Source: an uncultured Acidobacteriota bacterium (GTDB lineage: Bacteria; Acidobacteriota; Thermoanaerobaculia; UBA5066; Gp7-AA6). Taken from it: a DNA stretch of 64,000 nt. Location of the stretch: positions 41,609 to 105,608 of the forward strand of contig CAVUAN010000005.1 of NCBI GenBank assembly GCA_963739435.1, read 5' to 3'. A program made the translations under genes and the position numbers. This document shows, piece after piece, positions 1 to 8,880 of the stretch (positions within the stretch are counted from its first letter, which is position 1; the number at the start of each line of letters is the position of its first letter). The notes beneath the pieces are model-generated. The model did no database searches. It saw only the letters and a program-made list of their open reading frames with translations, and was not told where the DNA came from.

Positions 1-775
1 GGACGAAGCCGACCGTGTCGAGAAAGACGACGTCGGCCATGCGCGCCGAGCCGCCGCGGGCCGCGCGCGAATCGAGTGTCGCGAAGAGCCTGTCGGCCGC
101 GTAGGCGGATTCGCGCGTCAGCCGGTTGAAGAGCGTCGTCTTGCCGGCGTTGGTGTAACCCGCGATCGCGGCCTGAAAGACCTTTTGGCGGCCCCGCCGG
201 CGGACCTCGCGCGCCATCTCGATCTTCTCGAGGTCGCGGCGCAAGTGCGCGACGCGATCGCGGATCTTGCGCCGATCGAGCTCGATCTTCTGCTCGCCCG
301 CGCCGCCGCGCGCCCCGACTCCTCCTCCGAGCCCCGAGAGGTGGCGGTAACGGCCCGCCAGGCGCGGCAGGAGGTACTGGAGCTGCGCGAGCTCCACCTG
401 GGTGCGCGCCTCGCGCGAGCGGGCGTGGGTCGCAAAGACGTCGAGGATGAGCCCCGGCCGGTCGAGCACGCGAATCGAGCCTCCCCACCTCTCCTCGAGG
501 TTGCGCGCCTGGCCGGGAGTGAGCTCATCGTCGAAGATCACGAGATCAGCTCCCTCCGCTTCGGCTGTCTGGCCCAGCTTCTCGGCCGCGCCTTTGCCGA
601 TGAAGGTCGCCGGGTCCGGAGACGCGCGCTCCTGCACGAAGCGGCCCACGACGTCGGCGCCGGCCGTCTCGGCGAGGCGGGCGAGCTCGTCCAGGTGCTC
701 TTCGGCCAGGGCCCGGGGATTGGCCCGGCTGGACACGCCGACGAGAAGAACGCGCTCCCGCTTCCGCGTTGGCAT
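1..775 (-). CDS. hflX: GTPase HflX (5' part; runs off the window)
   Basis: Manual translation: MPTRKRERVLLVGV...EHLDELARLAETAGA...TQVELAQLQYLLPRL...GYTNAGKTTLFNRLT...DRLFATLD...DTVGFV (G1, G2 and G3 motifs of HflX). Confidence 0.95.
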   Translation of the reverse strand, partial: MPTRKRERVLLVGVSSRANPRALAEEHLDELARLAETAGADVVGRFVQERASPDPATFIGKGAAEKLGQTAEAEGADLVIFDDELTPGQARNLEERWGGSIRVLDRPGLILDVFATHARSREARTQVELAQLQYLLPRLAGRYRHLSGLGGGVGARGGAGEQKIELDRRKIRDRVAHLRRDLEKIEMAREVRRRGRQKVFQAAIAGYTNAGKTTLFNRLTRESAYAADRLFATLDSRAARGGSARMADVVFLDTVGFV

Positions 776-811
776 CAGGCCATTCTAGTTGGGATGTGGT
801 ATTCCTTTGCC

Positions 812-1771
812 GTGCCCAGCCTGCCTCCACGGCAAAGCCTGCTCGGCGAAAAGCTCGAGCTGCTCTACCGCTCGTACGGCGCCGAGACAGCCGAGAGCGA
901 TCCCATCGTCTTCGTTCGGCCCTACACCGATGCCGAGGACCGCGAGGTCGTGGCCTGGATTGCGTCGGCCTTCGCCTATGGACGGGTCGCCACGATCCAA
1001 TCGAACGTCCGGCAAGTGCTCGACGCTCTCGGGCCCCACCCGGCCCGGAACCTCGACTCGATTGACGACTTCGCAGCGTTCGCGCGGGAGCGCCTCGCCG
1101 GCTTTCGCCACCGATTCCACGGCGAGGAGGACGCGGCCGCGCTCCTGTTCGTCATCGCGCAGGCTCGCCGCGAGGACGGCTCCGTCGGCGCTTTCTTCCA
1201 GAGCGTGTGGCGCGACGGGGAAGAGGACACGGCGGGCCTTCTCTCGCGCGGCGTGGCCCGCCTCCTGGCATTCGACTTCCGGCCAGCCATCGGCCGGCGC
1301 GGGTTGCCCGAAGGCTCCCCTGCCCGCTTCTTCTTTCCCGACCCCGCGCAGGGCTCGGCCTGCAAGCGGTGGAACCTCTACCTGCGCTGGATGGTCCGCC
1401 GCGACGCGCTCGACTTCGGCCTCTGGCCATGGATACCCACAGACCGCCTCGTCATCCCGACCGACACGCACATCCACCTCGTCGCGCGCCGGCTCGGCCT
1501 GACGAAGAGGCGGACACCCAACTGGGCGACCGCGCGGGAGATCACCGATTCTTTGAAACGCTTCGACCCGTTCGACCCCGTCCGTTTCGACTACGCCCTC
1601 TGCCGCATCGGCATCTTCGGGATCTGCCATCCCCGAAAGTCGAAGTCCCGCTGTGATCAATGCCTCGCGGGAGAGGCCTGCCGGACCGGCCGAGAGAGAA
1701 TTGATTCATTGAATCATTTGTCGATTGAAGGATTGAGAAAAGAGAGACTGGCCCCGGCAATGAGTCAATGA
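812..1771 (+). CDS. TIGR02757/DUF2400 family protein (HhH-GPD DNA glycosylase-like); start 812 (GTG) or 794 (ATG)
   Basis: SDPI, AYGRV, SACKRWNLYLRWMVR, PTDTHIH, DPVRFDYAL; C-terminal C-x8-C-x2-C-x5-C. Confidence 0.88.
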   Translation: MPSLPPRQSLLGEKLELLYRSYGAETAESDPIVFVRPYTDAEDREVVAWIASAFAYGRVATIQSNVRQVLDALGPHPARNLDSIDDFAAFARERLAGFRHRFHGEEDAAALLFVIAQARREDGSVGAFFQSVWRDGEEDTAGLLSRGVARLLAFDFRPAIGRRGLPEGSPARFFFPDPAQGSACKRWNLYLRWMVRRDALDFGLWPWIPTDRLVIPTDTHIHLVARRLGLTKRRTPNWATAREITDSLKRFDPFDPVRFDYALCRIGIFGICHPRKSKSRCDQCLAGEACRTGRERIDSLNHLSIEGLRKERLAPAMSQ

Positions 1772-1812
1772 ATCAATGAATCAATGAATCAATGTTTCAA
1801 TGATTCCATGAG
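1700..1812. repeat. AT-rich 8-bp tandem repeat (TCAATGAA)n with upstream inverted, degenerate copies
   Basis: caatgagtcaatgaatcaatgaatcaatgaatcaatgtttcaatgattccatg at ~1758-1810; ttgattcattgaatcatt at ~1701-1718 is the reverse complement of the unit. Confidence 0.85.
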
Positions 1813-1818
1813 GCAATC

Positions 1819-2355
1819 GTGACCACTCGCTCGCTGCTCACGGCCGTCTTCAGTGTCGTCGTCGTGGTCGTGGCGGCCGTATTCATCCGCTCCCTCGTCC
1901 CGCCGGAGTCGCCGTCGGGATCGCTGGCTTCCCTGTCCACGGCGGCCGAGCTGCCGATCTTCGACCGGGCGGGCAAGAAGGTGGATCTCTCGAAGGAAAA
2001 GGGCCGCATCATCGTCATCCACTTCTGGGCGACCTGGTGCCCTCCGTGCGTCGACGAGATCCCCGAGCTCTCGAAGTTCTGGGAGCAGTACAAAGGGCGC
2101 GACGACATCGCTCTCTACACCATCTCGGTCGACAAGGACTGGAAAGCGGTCGAAGACTTCAACGCGAAGCACCCGAACAACCTGCCGCACTACCGCGATC
2201 CCGACTCCGTCACCGCCAAGCGCTTCGGCTCCACACAGTTCCCGGAGACCTACATCACCAACAGGGCCGGGCGCGTCCTCTACCGCGTGCAGGGCGGGAT
2301 CCAGTGGGCCGACCCCGACGTCAGGGAGCGGATCCGCCAGCTCCTGGCTTCGTAG
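1819..2355 (+). CDS. TlpA/ResA family thiol-disulfide reductase, N-terminal membrane anchor
   Basis: HFWATWCPPC active site, FPETY cis-Pro motif, hydrophobic N-terminus. Confidence 0.92.
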   Translation: MTTRSLLTAVFSVVVVVVAAVFIRSLVPPESPSGSLASLSTAAELPIFDRAGKKVDLSKEKGRIIVIHFWATWCPPCVDEIPELSKFWEQYKGRDDIALYTISVDKDWKAVEDFNAKHPNNLPHYRDPDSVTAKRFGSTQFPETYITNRAGRVLYRVQGGIQWADPDVRERIRQLLAS

Positions 2356-2458
2356 GCTTTTCGTCCTTCTGGCGCATGAGCCAGAGGAAGAGAACGACGG
2401 CCAGAGCGGAGATGCCGAGGCTGGCCCAGAAGAGCCTGTAGGAGAGATCGAGGAGCAT
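2321..2458 (-). CDS. 45-aa single-TM peptide, putative small subunit of the Rieske/cytb complex
   Basis: MLLDLSYRLFWASLGISALAVVLFLWLMRQKDEK...; starts 17 nt after the octaheme gene stop on the same strand. Confidence 0.55.
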   Translation of the reverse strand: MLLDLSYRLFWASLGISALAVVLFLWLMRQKDEKPTKPGAGGSAP

Positions 2459-2475
2459 GGCCGAGCGGCCCGCGC

Positions 2476-5400
2476 CTAGGGGCTGCCGGTCACGGCCGGG
2501 CCGGGCGCGGGGGCGGTGCCCCCGGTCTTGCCGATCGACCAGACGTAGTCGCGCAGGGCCTTCGTGATGGCGTCCGGATCGGCGAGGAAGGGCTTCACCT
2601 TGTCGTCGCCTCCAAGGATCTTCGCGTAGTCCGCGCGGTCCTTCGCGAACGCGGGCGAGTCCACGACCGTCGCCAGGGGCGAGGTCCGGTGCCCGTCGTC
2701 GCCCTTCGGGAAGTTCGTCGGCATGCGTGTGCCGGGCATCCATTCGTCCGGCCGCCGGATCCAGTCGTTGATCCAGTCGTGGCGGAGCCGGGTCGACGCC
2801 ATCTGGAGGTTGGGCGCGAGGGTCGAGCGGTCCACTCCCGGCTTGTTCATGTCTTCGAGGCTCCGCGGGTGACACTTCGCGCACTGTAAGAGCTCGAAGG
2901 TCTTCTTACCCGCGGCCCAGGCCTTCGGATCCGCCGCATAGTCGGCCGTCAGGAACGGGTAGGTCGCTCGGTCGAGCGACGCGAAGTACTTCGTGAGGTC
3001 GTTCAATTCCCGTTCCGTGAAGCCGAAGGTCGGCATGTGGGCGTCGAGCCACGGACGGATCTGGCCGGTCTTCGGAGCCTTGAGGAACGCGAACAGCCAG
3101 TCGCTCTGCACCTTGGCGCCCTGCCCCTGGATGATCGGAGGCGCCAGCGAAACATCGGCCATGGTCGAGCGTATCGAGCCGCCGATGCCCTCGATGACAT
3201 GGCAGCCCTGGCAGTTGTGGTCCTTGACGATGCGCCGGCCATGCTCGATCGCCTCCTCGGACGGCGACAGCCTCTTGACCGCCGCATCGGACGCGTTGAG
3301 CTTCTGGAAGGAAAGCACCGCCGTCACGACGTAGTCGAGCTCCCGCTGGGAGAAGCGGAAGTTCGGCATCTTGAGCTTCTCTTCCCAGCCGCGTGCCCGG
3401 TCGCGGTCGAAGATACGCGGGTTCGTCAGCTTCGTCCGGAACCAGTCCTGGCGCGTGTGCGGCAGGTGCAGGAATCCGAAATCCAGTCGGTGGACGGGCT
3501 TCGAGCCCTCCTCGGTCAGCTCGGTGCCGATCGGCTTGGCGTCCTCGAAGCCGGAGATCGCATGGCACGCGAAGCAGCCGTAGTACGCGATGAGGTTGCG
3601 GCCGACGTAGACCTCCTGCTTGTGGATGTCCATGCCTGCCAGGTCGGCCTTCGCGTCGAAGATCGTCTTGGTCGCCATCTCGAAGTAGAGGCCGATCTTC
3701 TCGAGAGTCGCCGGGTCGCTCGGCGGCAGCGCCGCCTTTTCGAAGTCGGCGGGAGCCTTCAGCGTCGCGAGGTACTCGGCGATGTCGAGGGCGTCCTCGC
3801 GCGAGAGACGCAGGTTCGGCATCTTCGTCTCGGGGTTCCACTCCTTCGGGTTCAGGATCCACTGGTAGATCCAGTCGCGCGACGTCTTCGAGCCGATACC
3901 TGCCAGGTTGGGTCCGAACTGCCGGTAGGTCCCGACGAGGTCGCGCTGGGCGGTCGGATCATTCAAGTGGCAACCGAAGCAGCCGCGGGAGGCGAGGAGC
4001 GTCTCGCCGCGTCCGGTGTCGCCGCGCCCGGCGACACCCGGCACGTCGGCCGGCTTCGACTTTTCGTAGAGGTACGCCACGATCGAGTTGACCATCGTGT
4101 TGTTCTCGATCCGGCCCTCCTCGTTCATCCTCACCTGAGCCGGCGTGGGCGGGCGCGTTCCTGAGACGTTGACGTAGTTCTCCTGGAAGAAGAAGCTCGG
4201 CATGCGCGTCGAGGCCCGGAAGGCCGGCGGGTTGCTCACCCACCGGACCGCCCAATCTTTCGGAGCCTTGGAGCGGAGCTTCTCGAGCGACGGCCCCGGC
4301 CTCGGGAGCTTCTGCGCCTCGATCCCGGCCAGCCGGTGGCAGCCCCAGCACCCGAGGATTTCGACCATGCGCATCCCGCCATCCAGGGTCGGCGCCTCGG
4401 GGAAGTTGGCCTCGGCGGTGTGGCAGCGGTAGCAGCCCGCTTCCGTGTACTTCATGGGAAGGACCGGCGTGTCGTTGAAACGGTCGAACTCCCACTCGAA
4501 CCGCTTCTCCCACCGCTTCTCCTGGTGCGCGTCCTGCGGCGAGTGGCCGGCCGACCAGAACGAGGACGCCCGGTCGCGCCCGCCGTGGCACGACGTGCAG
4601 CCGTATGCGTTGGCGGGATGGAGCGACTCGCCGCCCACCATCAGCCCGAGCCGCGAATGCGTTCGGAAAACGGGATTGAGCTTCGCGTCCTCGAAGCCGC
4701 CGCGATCGGCCGCGATATGGCAGGTCTGGCACCTGTCCACCTTCGGGATCTTCATGAAATTGACGTCGTTGTAGAGCTCGGGGAGCTGCACCTGCTGGAC
4801 GCGCAGGGAGGGGTTCACCATGTCGAGGATCGGCGAGTTGCGCAGGTCGAAGATCACGCCCTGCTTCAGCTCCTCGAGCTTGTTGCGCGCCAGCCGGTAG
4901 TCCTTGGTCAGCTTCTCCATCTGCGTCCGGACCTCGTCGCGCTTGGCAGTGATCCGATCCATCTCCGCCTTGATCTCGGTCTCCTGCTGCTTCAGCTCCG
5001 CGAGCTTCAAGTCCGCGGCGTTGAGCTCCTTCCTGGCCTTGTCGCGGACCAGCCTCGCCGCCGGGGCGGACTTCGGGCGCCGGGCCTGCGCGGACTCGTA
5101 CGTGTAGAGCGCCGCGTCGAAGGATGCCCTCGCGAAGCGGGCGTTCTGGTCGGCCGCGTAGATCTTCGGCTGGAGGTCGGAGAGCTTCTGATCCAGTTTC
5201 TCGAGTGCCGCTCGATGCTGGGCGATCTGCTGCCGCGCGGCCCCCAGGTCCGCCATCAGCTGCTGCCTCTGCTCGCCGAAAGCCTTCTCGCGGGCCGCCA
5301 GCAGGGCTTCCCGGGTCTTGCGGGCATCGAGGCGGAAGAACATCCGCTGCATCGTCTTCCAGGGCCTGTCGTAGTCCGCCCACACCATCAGCAGGAACGT

Positions 5401-5496
5401 GGCCGTCAACACGGCCCCCGTCGCGAACAAGACCTTGTTCAGCTTCGGGATGTTGTAGTGGTGGTCGATCGGCTCGGCGGGCGGCTTGCGGGGCAT
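2476..5496 (-). CDS. Membrane-anchored octaheme cytochrome c of the Rieske/cytb complex
   Basis: 8 CxxCH motifs (CQTCH, CTSCH, CYRCH, CWGCH, CFGCH, CFACH, CQGCH, CAKCH); N-terminal TM followed by a coiled coil. Confidence 0.93.
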   Translation of the reverse strand: MPRKPPAEPIDHHYNIPKLNKVLFATGAVLTATFLLMVWADYDRPWKTMQRMFFRLDARKTREALLAAREKAFGEQRQQLMADLGAARQQIAQHRAALEKLDQKLSDLQPKIYAADQNARFARASFDAALYTYESAQARRPKSAPAARLVRDKARKELNAADLKLAELKQQETEIKAEMDRITAKRDEVRTQMEKLTKDYRLARNKLEELKQGVIFDLRNSPILDMVNPSLRVQQVQLPELYNDVNFMKIPKVDRCQTCHIAADRGGFEDAKLNPVFRTHSRLGLMVGGESLHPANAYGCTSCHGGRDRASSFWSAGHSPQDAHQEKRWEKRFEWEFDRFNDTPVLPMKYTEAGCYRCHTAEANFPEAPTLDGGMRMVEILGCWGCHRLAGIEAQKLPRPGPSLEKLRSKAPKDWAVRWVSNPPAFRASTRMPSFFFQENYVNVSGTRPPTPAQVRMNEEGRIENNTMVNSIVAYLYEKSKPADVPGVAGRGDTGRGETLLASRGCFGCHLNDPTAQRDLVGTYRQFGPNLAGIGSKTSRDWIYQWILNPKEWNPETKMPNLRLSREDALDIAEYLATLKAPADFEKAALPPSDPATLEKIGLYFEMATKTIFDAKADLAGMDIHKQEVYVGRNLIAYYGCFACHAISGFEDAKPIGTELTEEGSKPVHRLDFGFLHLPHTRQDWFRTKLTNPRIFDRDRARGWEEKLKMPNFRFSQRELDYVVTAVLSFQKLNASDAAVKRLSPSEEAIEHGRRIVKDHNCQGCHVIEGIGGSIRSTMADVSLAPPIIQGQGAKVQSDWLFAFLKAPKTGQIRPWLDAHMPTFGFTERELNDLTKYFASLDRATYPFLTADYAADPKAWAAGKKTFELLQCAKCHPRSLEDMNKPGVDRSTLAPNLQMASTRLRHDWINDWIRRPDEWMPGTRMPTNFPKGDDGHRTSPLATVVDSPAFAKDRADYAKILGGDDKVKPFLADPDAITKALRDYVWSIGKTGGTAPAPGPAVTGSP

Positions 5497-5504
5497 CGGG
5501 CGGC

Positions 5505-6590
5505 CTAGATGTTAAAAGCGATCTCGGGGATCGCCACGATGTACTTCAAGTTGAAGATCCAGCGCAGGTACATCTTGATCGGCAGCGACAGCATCATCAG
5601 ACCGAGGGACACGCCGATCAGGTAACGCGCCGGGCCCATCTTTTCGTAGAAGCGCCGCAACAGCGACTTCGAAAGGAGAAGCGGCAGGGCCGCCACGTAG
5701 AAGCCCACGAGGGCGAGGCCGACGAACTCCCGGAAGAGCCAGAAGTCCGGCAGGGATCTCTTCATGATCTTGATCCACACGATCTCGGACAGGTTGATGT
5801 TGTTCAAGGGCACGAGCTTGGCGATGTCCCAGAACTCGTAGGGCCCGAAGAAGTTCCAGTTGGGGCCCCGCAGAAACGTGCCGAGCACGATCAACACGCA
5901 CCAGAGCACCAGGAACCCGACCAGGAAAATCGTGATCTCCCAGCGCCGTTCCCGGAAGCTGAAGTAGCCGTTGCCCTTCGGGTTGGTGTCGATGTACGGG
6001 ATCGCCATCAGCCCGACGATGATGAGAGACGGGAGCACGACGCCCGCCAGCCAGGGATCGAAGTAGACCAGCATCTCCTGGAGTCCCAGGAAGTACCAGG
6101 GCGCCTTGGCCGGGTTGGGCGAATCGGTCGGGTTGGCCGGCTCCTCGAGCGGGGCCTTCAAGTAGATCGACCAAACGATCATGACCGCCATGACGACGAC
6201 GAGACAGATCAGCTCGACGTAGACGAGGTCCGGCCACGAGAAAACCTTCTGCTGCGAGTCCTCCGCCTCGATGGGCCCCAGTCCCGCGGCGATCCGGGCG
6301 TCGTTGGCCCACGCCTGGTGCATCGCGTACCAGAAGAAAAAACCGACCATGAAGATCATCCCGACGATCGGCACGTTGTCGGGCAATGTCGCGACCTTGT
6401 TGAAGTTTTCGTCGAGATAGGAGAGGCCGATCGCTCCCGCGCCGACGATGAAAAGAACGATGCCGCCCTTGTTCGTCCACGGCGCGCGCCAGTGGATGCC
6501 CAGGACGAGCAGGATCAGGGAGGCCGTGACGAGATACTGCGGCGCCGAAAGGAAGTTGACGGCGCTCTTGACGAAGTTGACGAGGAACAT
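5505..6590 (-). CDS. Cytochrome b subunit IV-like (C-terminal cytb/PetD domain) with extra TM helices
   Basis: WPDL...APLEEPANP...PAKAPWYFLGLQE (PEWY-equivalent), IPYIDTNP; directly downstream of cytochrome b. Confidence 0.85.
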   Translation of the reverse strand: MFLVNFVKSAVNFLSAPQYLVTASLILLVLGIHWRAPWTNKGGIVLFIVGAGAIGLSYLDENFNKVATLPDNVPIVGMIFMVGFFFWYAMHQAWANDARIAAGLGPIEAEDSQQKVFSWPDLVYVELICLVVVMAVMIVWSIYLKAPLEEPANPTDSPNPAKAPWYFLGLQEMLVYFDPWLAGVVLPSLIIVGLMAIPYIDTNPKGNGYFSFRERRWEITIFLVGFLVLWCVLIVLGTFLRGPNWNFFGPYEFWDIAKLVPLNNINLSEIVWIKIMKRSLPDFWLFREFVGLALVGFYVAALPLLLSKSLLRRFYEKMGPARYLIGVSLGLMMLSLPIKMYLRWIFNLKYIVAIPEIAFNI

Positions 6591-6594
6591 GTCG

Positions 6595-7383
6595 CTAAGA
6601 CGGCCCTGAAATGCCGCCGTCCTTGCGGACGCGCCAGAAGTGGACGGCCATCAGGAAGGCGGCGACGAGCGGGATCCCGACGCAGTGCAACACGTAAAAG
6701 CGCAGGAGAGCGCCCGCCCCGACGAAGCGGCCACCGAGCAAGCCGAACCGCGCGTCGTTGGTGGAGGTGACGAGGGGGATGTCGCCGATCTTCAGCAAGC
6801 CCGTGCCCGGCCCCTGGATGCCGATCAAGGGAGTCGCCGAAGCCATGTTCGAGCCGACCGTGATGGCCCAGATCGCCAGCTGATCCCAGGGCAACAGGTA
6901 GCCGGTGAAGGAGAGAAGCAGGGTCAGGACGAGCAGGATGACGCCGATGACCCAGTTGAACTCCCGCGGCGGCTTGTAGGAGCCGGTCATGAAGACGCGG
7001 AACATGTGGATCCAGACCGAGATGACCATGGCGTGCGCGCCCCAGCGGTGCACCTCGCGCATGATCCCGAAGGGCACCTGTTCGCGCAGGTCCAGGATGT
7101 CCACGAACGCGTACTCGACGGTCGGCCGGTAATAGAACATCAGCAGCAGGCCGGTGAACGTCAGGACGAGAAAGAGGAAGAACGTCACGCCGCCGGCGCA
7201 CCAGGTGTAGCGCATCTTGACGCCGGACTTGCGCGTCTTGACCGGGTGGAGGTGCAGAACGACGTTTCCCAGCATCGCCAGGACGCGCTTGCGATTGGTG
7301 TTGGGGATGCCGACCCGGAAGAGAGACTTCCAGAACTGGCTCGACACAATCGATTCCTGAATCTGCTGCCACCGAGGGACCAA
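6595..7383 (-). CDS. petB: Cytochrome b6-type N-terminal cytochrome b
   Basis: WCAGG (heme ci Cys position), REVHRWGAH...[27 protein letters not shown]...VHF; TTG start after GGAGG. Confidence 0.93.
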   Translation of the reverse strand: MVPRWQQIQESIVSSQFWKSLFRVGIPNTNRKRVLAMLGNVVLHLHPVKTRKSGVKMRYTWCAGGVTFFLFLVLTFTGLLLMFYYRPTVEYAFVDILDLREQVPFGIMREVHRWGAHAMVISVWIHMFRVFMTGSYKPPREFNWVIGVILLVLTLLLSFTGYLLPWDQLAIWAITVGSNMASATPLIGIQGPGTGLLKIGDIPLVTSTNDARFGLLGGRFVGAGALLRFYVLHCVGIPLVAAFLMAVHFWRVRKDGGISGPS

Positions 7384-7416
7384 CCAGACCTCCGCTTCTT
7401 GCGATCTAAGACCGGA

Positions 7417-7959
7417 TCAAACCATTTTGACGAAAGCCTTCGGGTCGCTCCACTGCCCGCGCTCGTAGAGGTAGCGCACGGCCTTGTCCACGGTGATCTG
7501 CCCGTCGTCGGGCGAAACGGAGATCTCGGCCCGCTCGAGCGGGCGCGGGGCCGGGCCCTCGAAGTTGATGCCGGAAACGTAGTAACCCGAGCCGTGGCAC
7601 GGGCACTTGAACTTGTTCTGGGCCGCCAGCCAGTTGGGGGTGCATCCCAGGTGCACGCAGACGGCAACGAGGGCGTAGATCGAGTCCGTGTTGCGGACGA
7701 TCCAGATCCCGAACTTCTCCTTCCAGCGCTCGTCGACCCCGAGGGCGTAGGTCGACGGATCCCCCGCCTTGAACCGCGTGGGCGGCTCGAACAGGACGTT
7801 GGGGAACATGAACCGCATCGTCGCCGTCAGCCCGGCTCCCGTGGCTGCGGCAAAGCCCACCCAGGCGAGCGTGAGCCACTTGAGAGTGGAACGCCGGGTG
7901 ACCCCGTCGATTTCGAGGTCCGGCGCGGGGGCCGGCGCTCTGTTTTCGGCCGTGGACAT
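7417..7959 (-). CDS. petC: Rieske [2Fe-2S] subunit, Tat-exported
   Basis: TRRSTLK Tat-like motif plus TM; CVHLGC and CPCHGS boxes; GPAPRPL. Confidence 0.94.
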   Translation of the reverse strand: MSTAENRAPAPAPDLEIDGVTRRSTLKWLTLAWVGFAAATGAGLTATMRFMFPNVLFEPPTRFKAGDPSTYALGVDERWKEKFGIWIVRNTDSIYALVAVCVHLGCTPNWLAAQNKFKCPCHGSGYYVSGINFEGPAPRPLERAEISVSPDDGQITVDKAVRYLYERGQWSDPKAFVKMV

Positions 7960-7968
7960 GAAGCGGGG

Positions 7969-8880
7969 TCAGCCTACCAGATCCCGCGAGCGCCGCTCAA
8001 GAACAGACGACGCCTTTCCGCGGGTGGCCTCGGCGGCGCGGCGCGCGGCCTCGCGAACGCGCAGGTTGGGGTCCTCGTGGACGACCTTCTCGATTGCCGG
8101 CAGGCTTTCCGGGTCTTTCAGCAGCGCGAACGCCTTGAGGGCGCTGACCATGGCCGTCTCGGCCTGATCGGAGGACAGCGCGGCCTGCCTTGCCAGGGCC
8201 TCGCGGTCGATCATGGAACGCAGAACCGGCAGGCCGGAGCGGTCGTTCAGCTCTGCCAGGGCAATAGCCGCGTTCCAGCGCACGTCGGCGACCCGGTCTT
8301 CCGCCAGGACCTGCAGCCGGGGCACGGCGGCGGGATCTCCGATCTGGCCGAGGACATACGCGGCCATCTTGCGCATACCGGCGTCTTCCGACTGCGAAGC
8401 CTCGATCACCGGTTCGAGCGCGCGGCGGTCCTTGAGCACGCCGAGCGCCCAGACCGCGTACAGGCGCGTCTCGGCGTCCGGATCGTGCACGGCCGCAAGC
8501 AGGGCCGGCGCCGCCGCCGGGTCGCCCAGCTTGCCGAGCACGAGCACCAGGTAGCGCCGGACCGTGGCGTCTTCGGGCCGCTTGCCGGAGAGGCCCTGGA
8601 AGACGCGCAGCGTCTCGGCCGCGAGCTTGTCGCGATCGGGCCCCGGCTTGACCGTGCCGATCGAGCGCGACAGCTCGAAGGCCGCCTGCCATCGCCGGTT
8701 GGCCGAGCCGCCGCGCACCTCCTGGAGGTAGTCCACGGGCGTGCGCTTCTCGAAGGTCAGGAGCGAGAACGCGAAGAAGATTCCGACGGCCGTGATGACG
8801 ACGAGCAGCGGAACCAGGAAAAACCGGGCGACCGTGCTGCCGCGCGGAGCGTCGTCTTCGGTTTGCGGGTCGTCGGTCAC
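7969..8880 (-). CDS. Membrane-anchored HEAT/PBS-lyase repeat protein
   Basis: GTG start overlaps the ferredoxin stop (GTGA); N-terminal TM; repeats VRRYLVLVLGKLGD, TRLYAVWALGVL, MRKMAAYVLGQIGD, VRWNAAIALAEL. Confidence 0.85.
   Translation of the reverse strand: MTDDPQTEDDAPRGSTVARFFLVPLLVVITAVGIFFAFSLLTFEKRTPVDYLQEVRGGSANRRWQAAFELSRSIGTVKPGPDRDKLAAETLRVFQGLSGKRPEDATVRRYLVLVLGKLGDPAAAPALLAAVHDPDAETRLYAVWALGVLKDRRALEPVIEASQSEDAGMRKMAAYVLGQIGDPAAVPRLQVLAEDRVADVRWNAAIALAELNDRSGLPVLRSMIDREALARQAALSSDQAETAMVSALKAFALLKDPESLPAIEKVVHEDPNLRVREAARRAAEATRGKASSVLERRSRDLVG

Noticed and set aside
185-811. N-terminal extension of the 528-aa ORF
   Set aside because: Antisense to hflX; homology-like sequence starts near 794-812
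1758-1810. Possible CRISPR array
   Set aside because: 8-bp units without spacers and no cas genes
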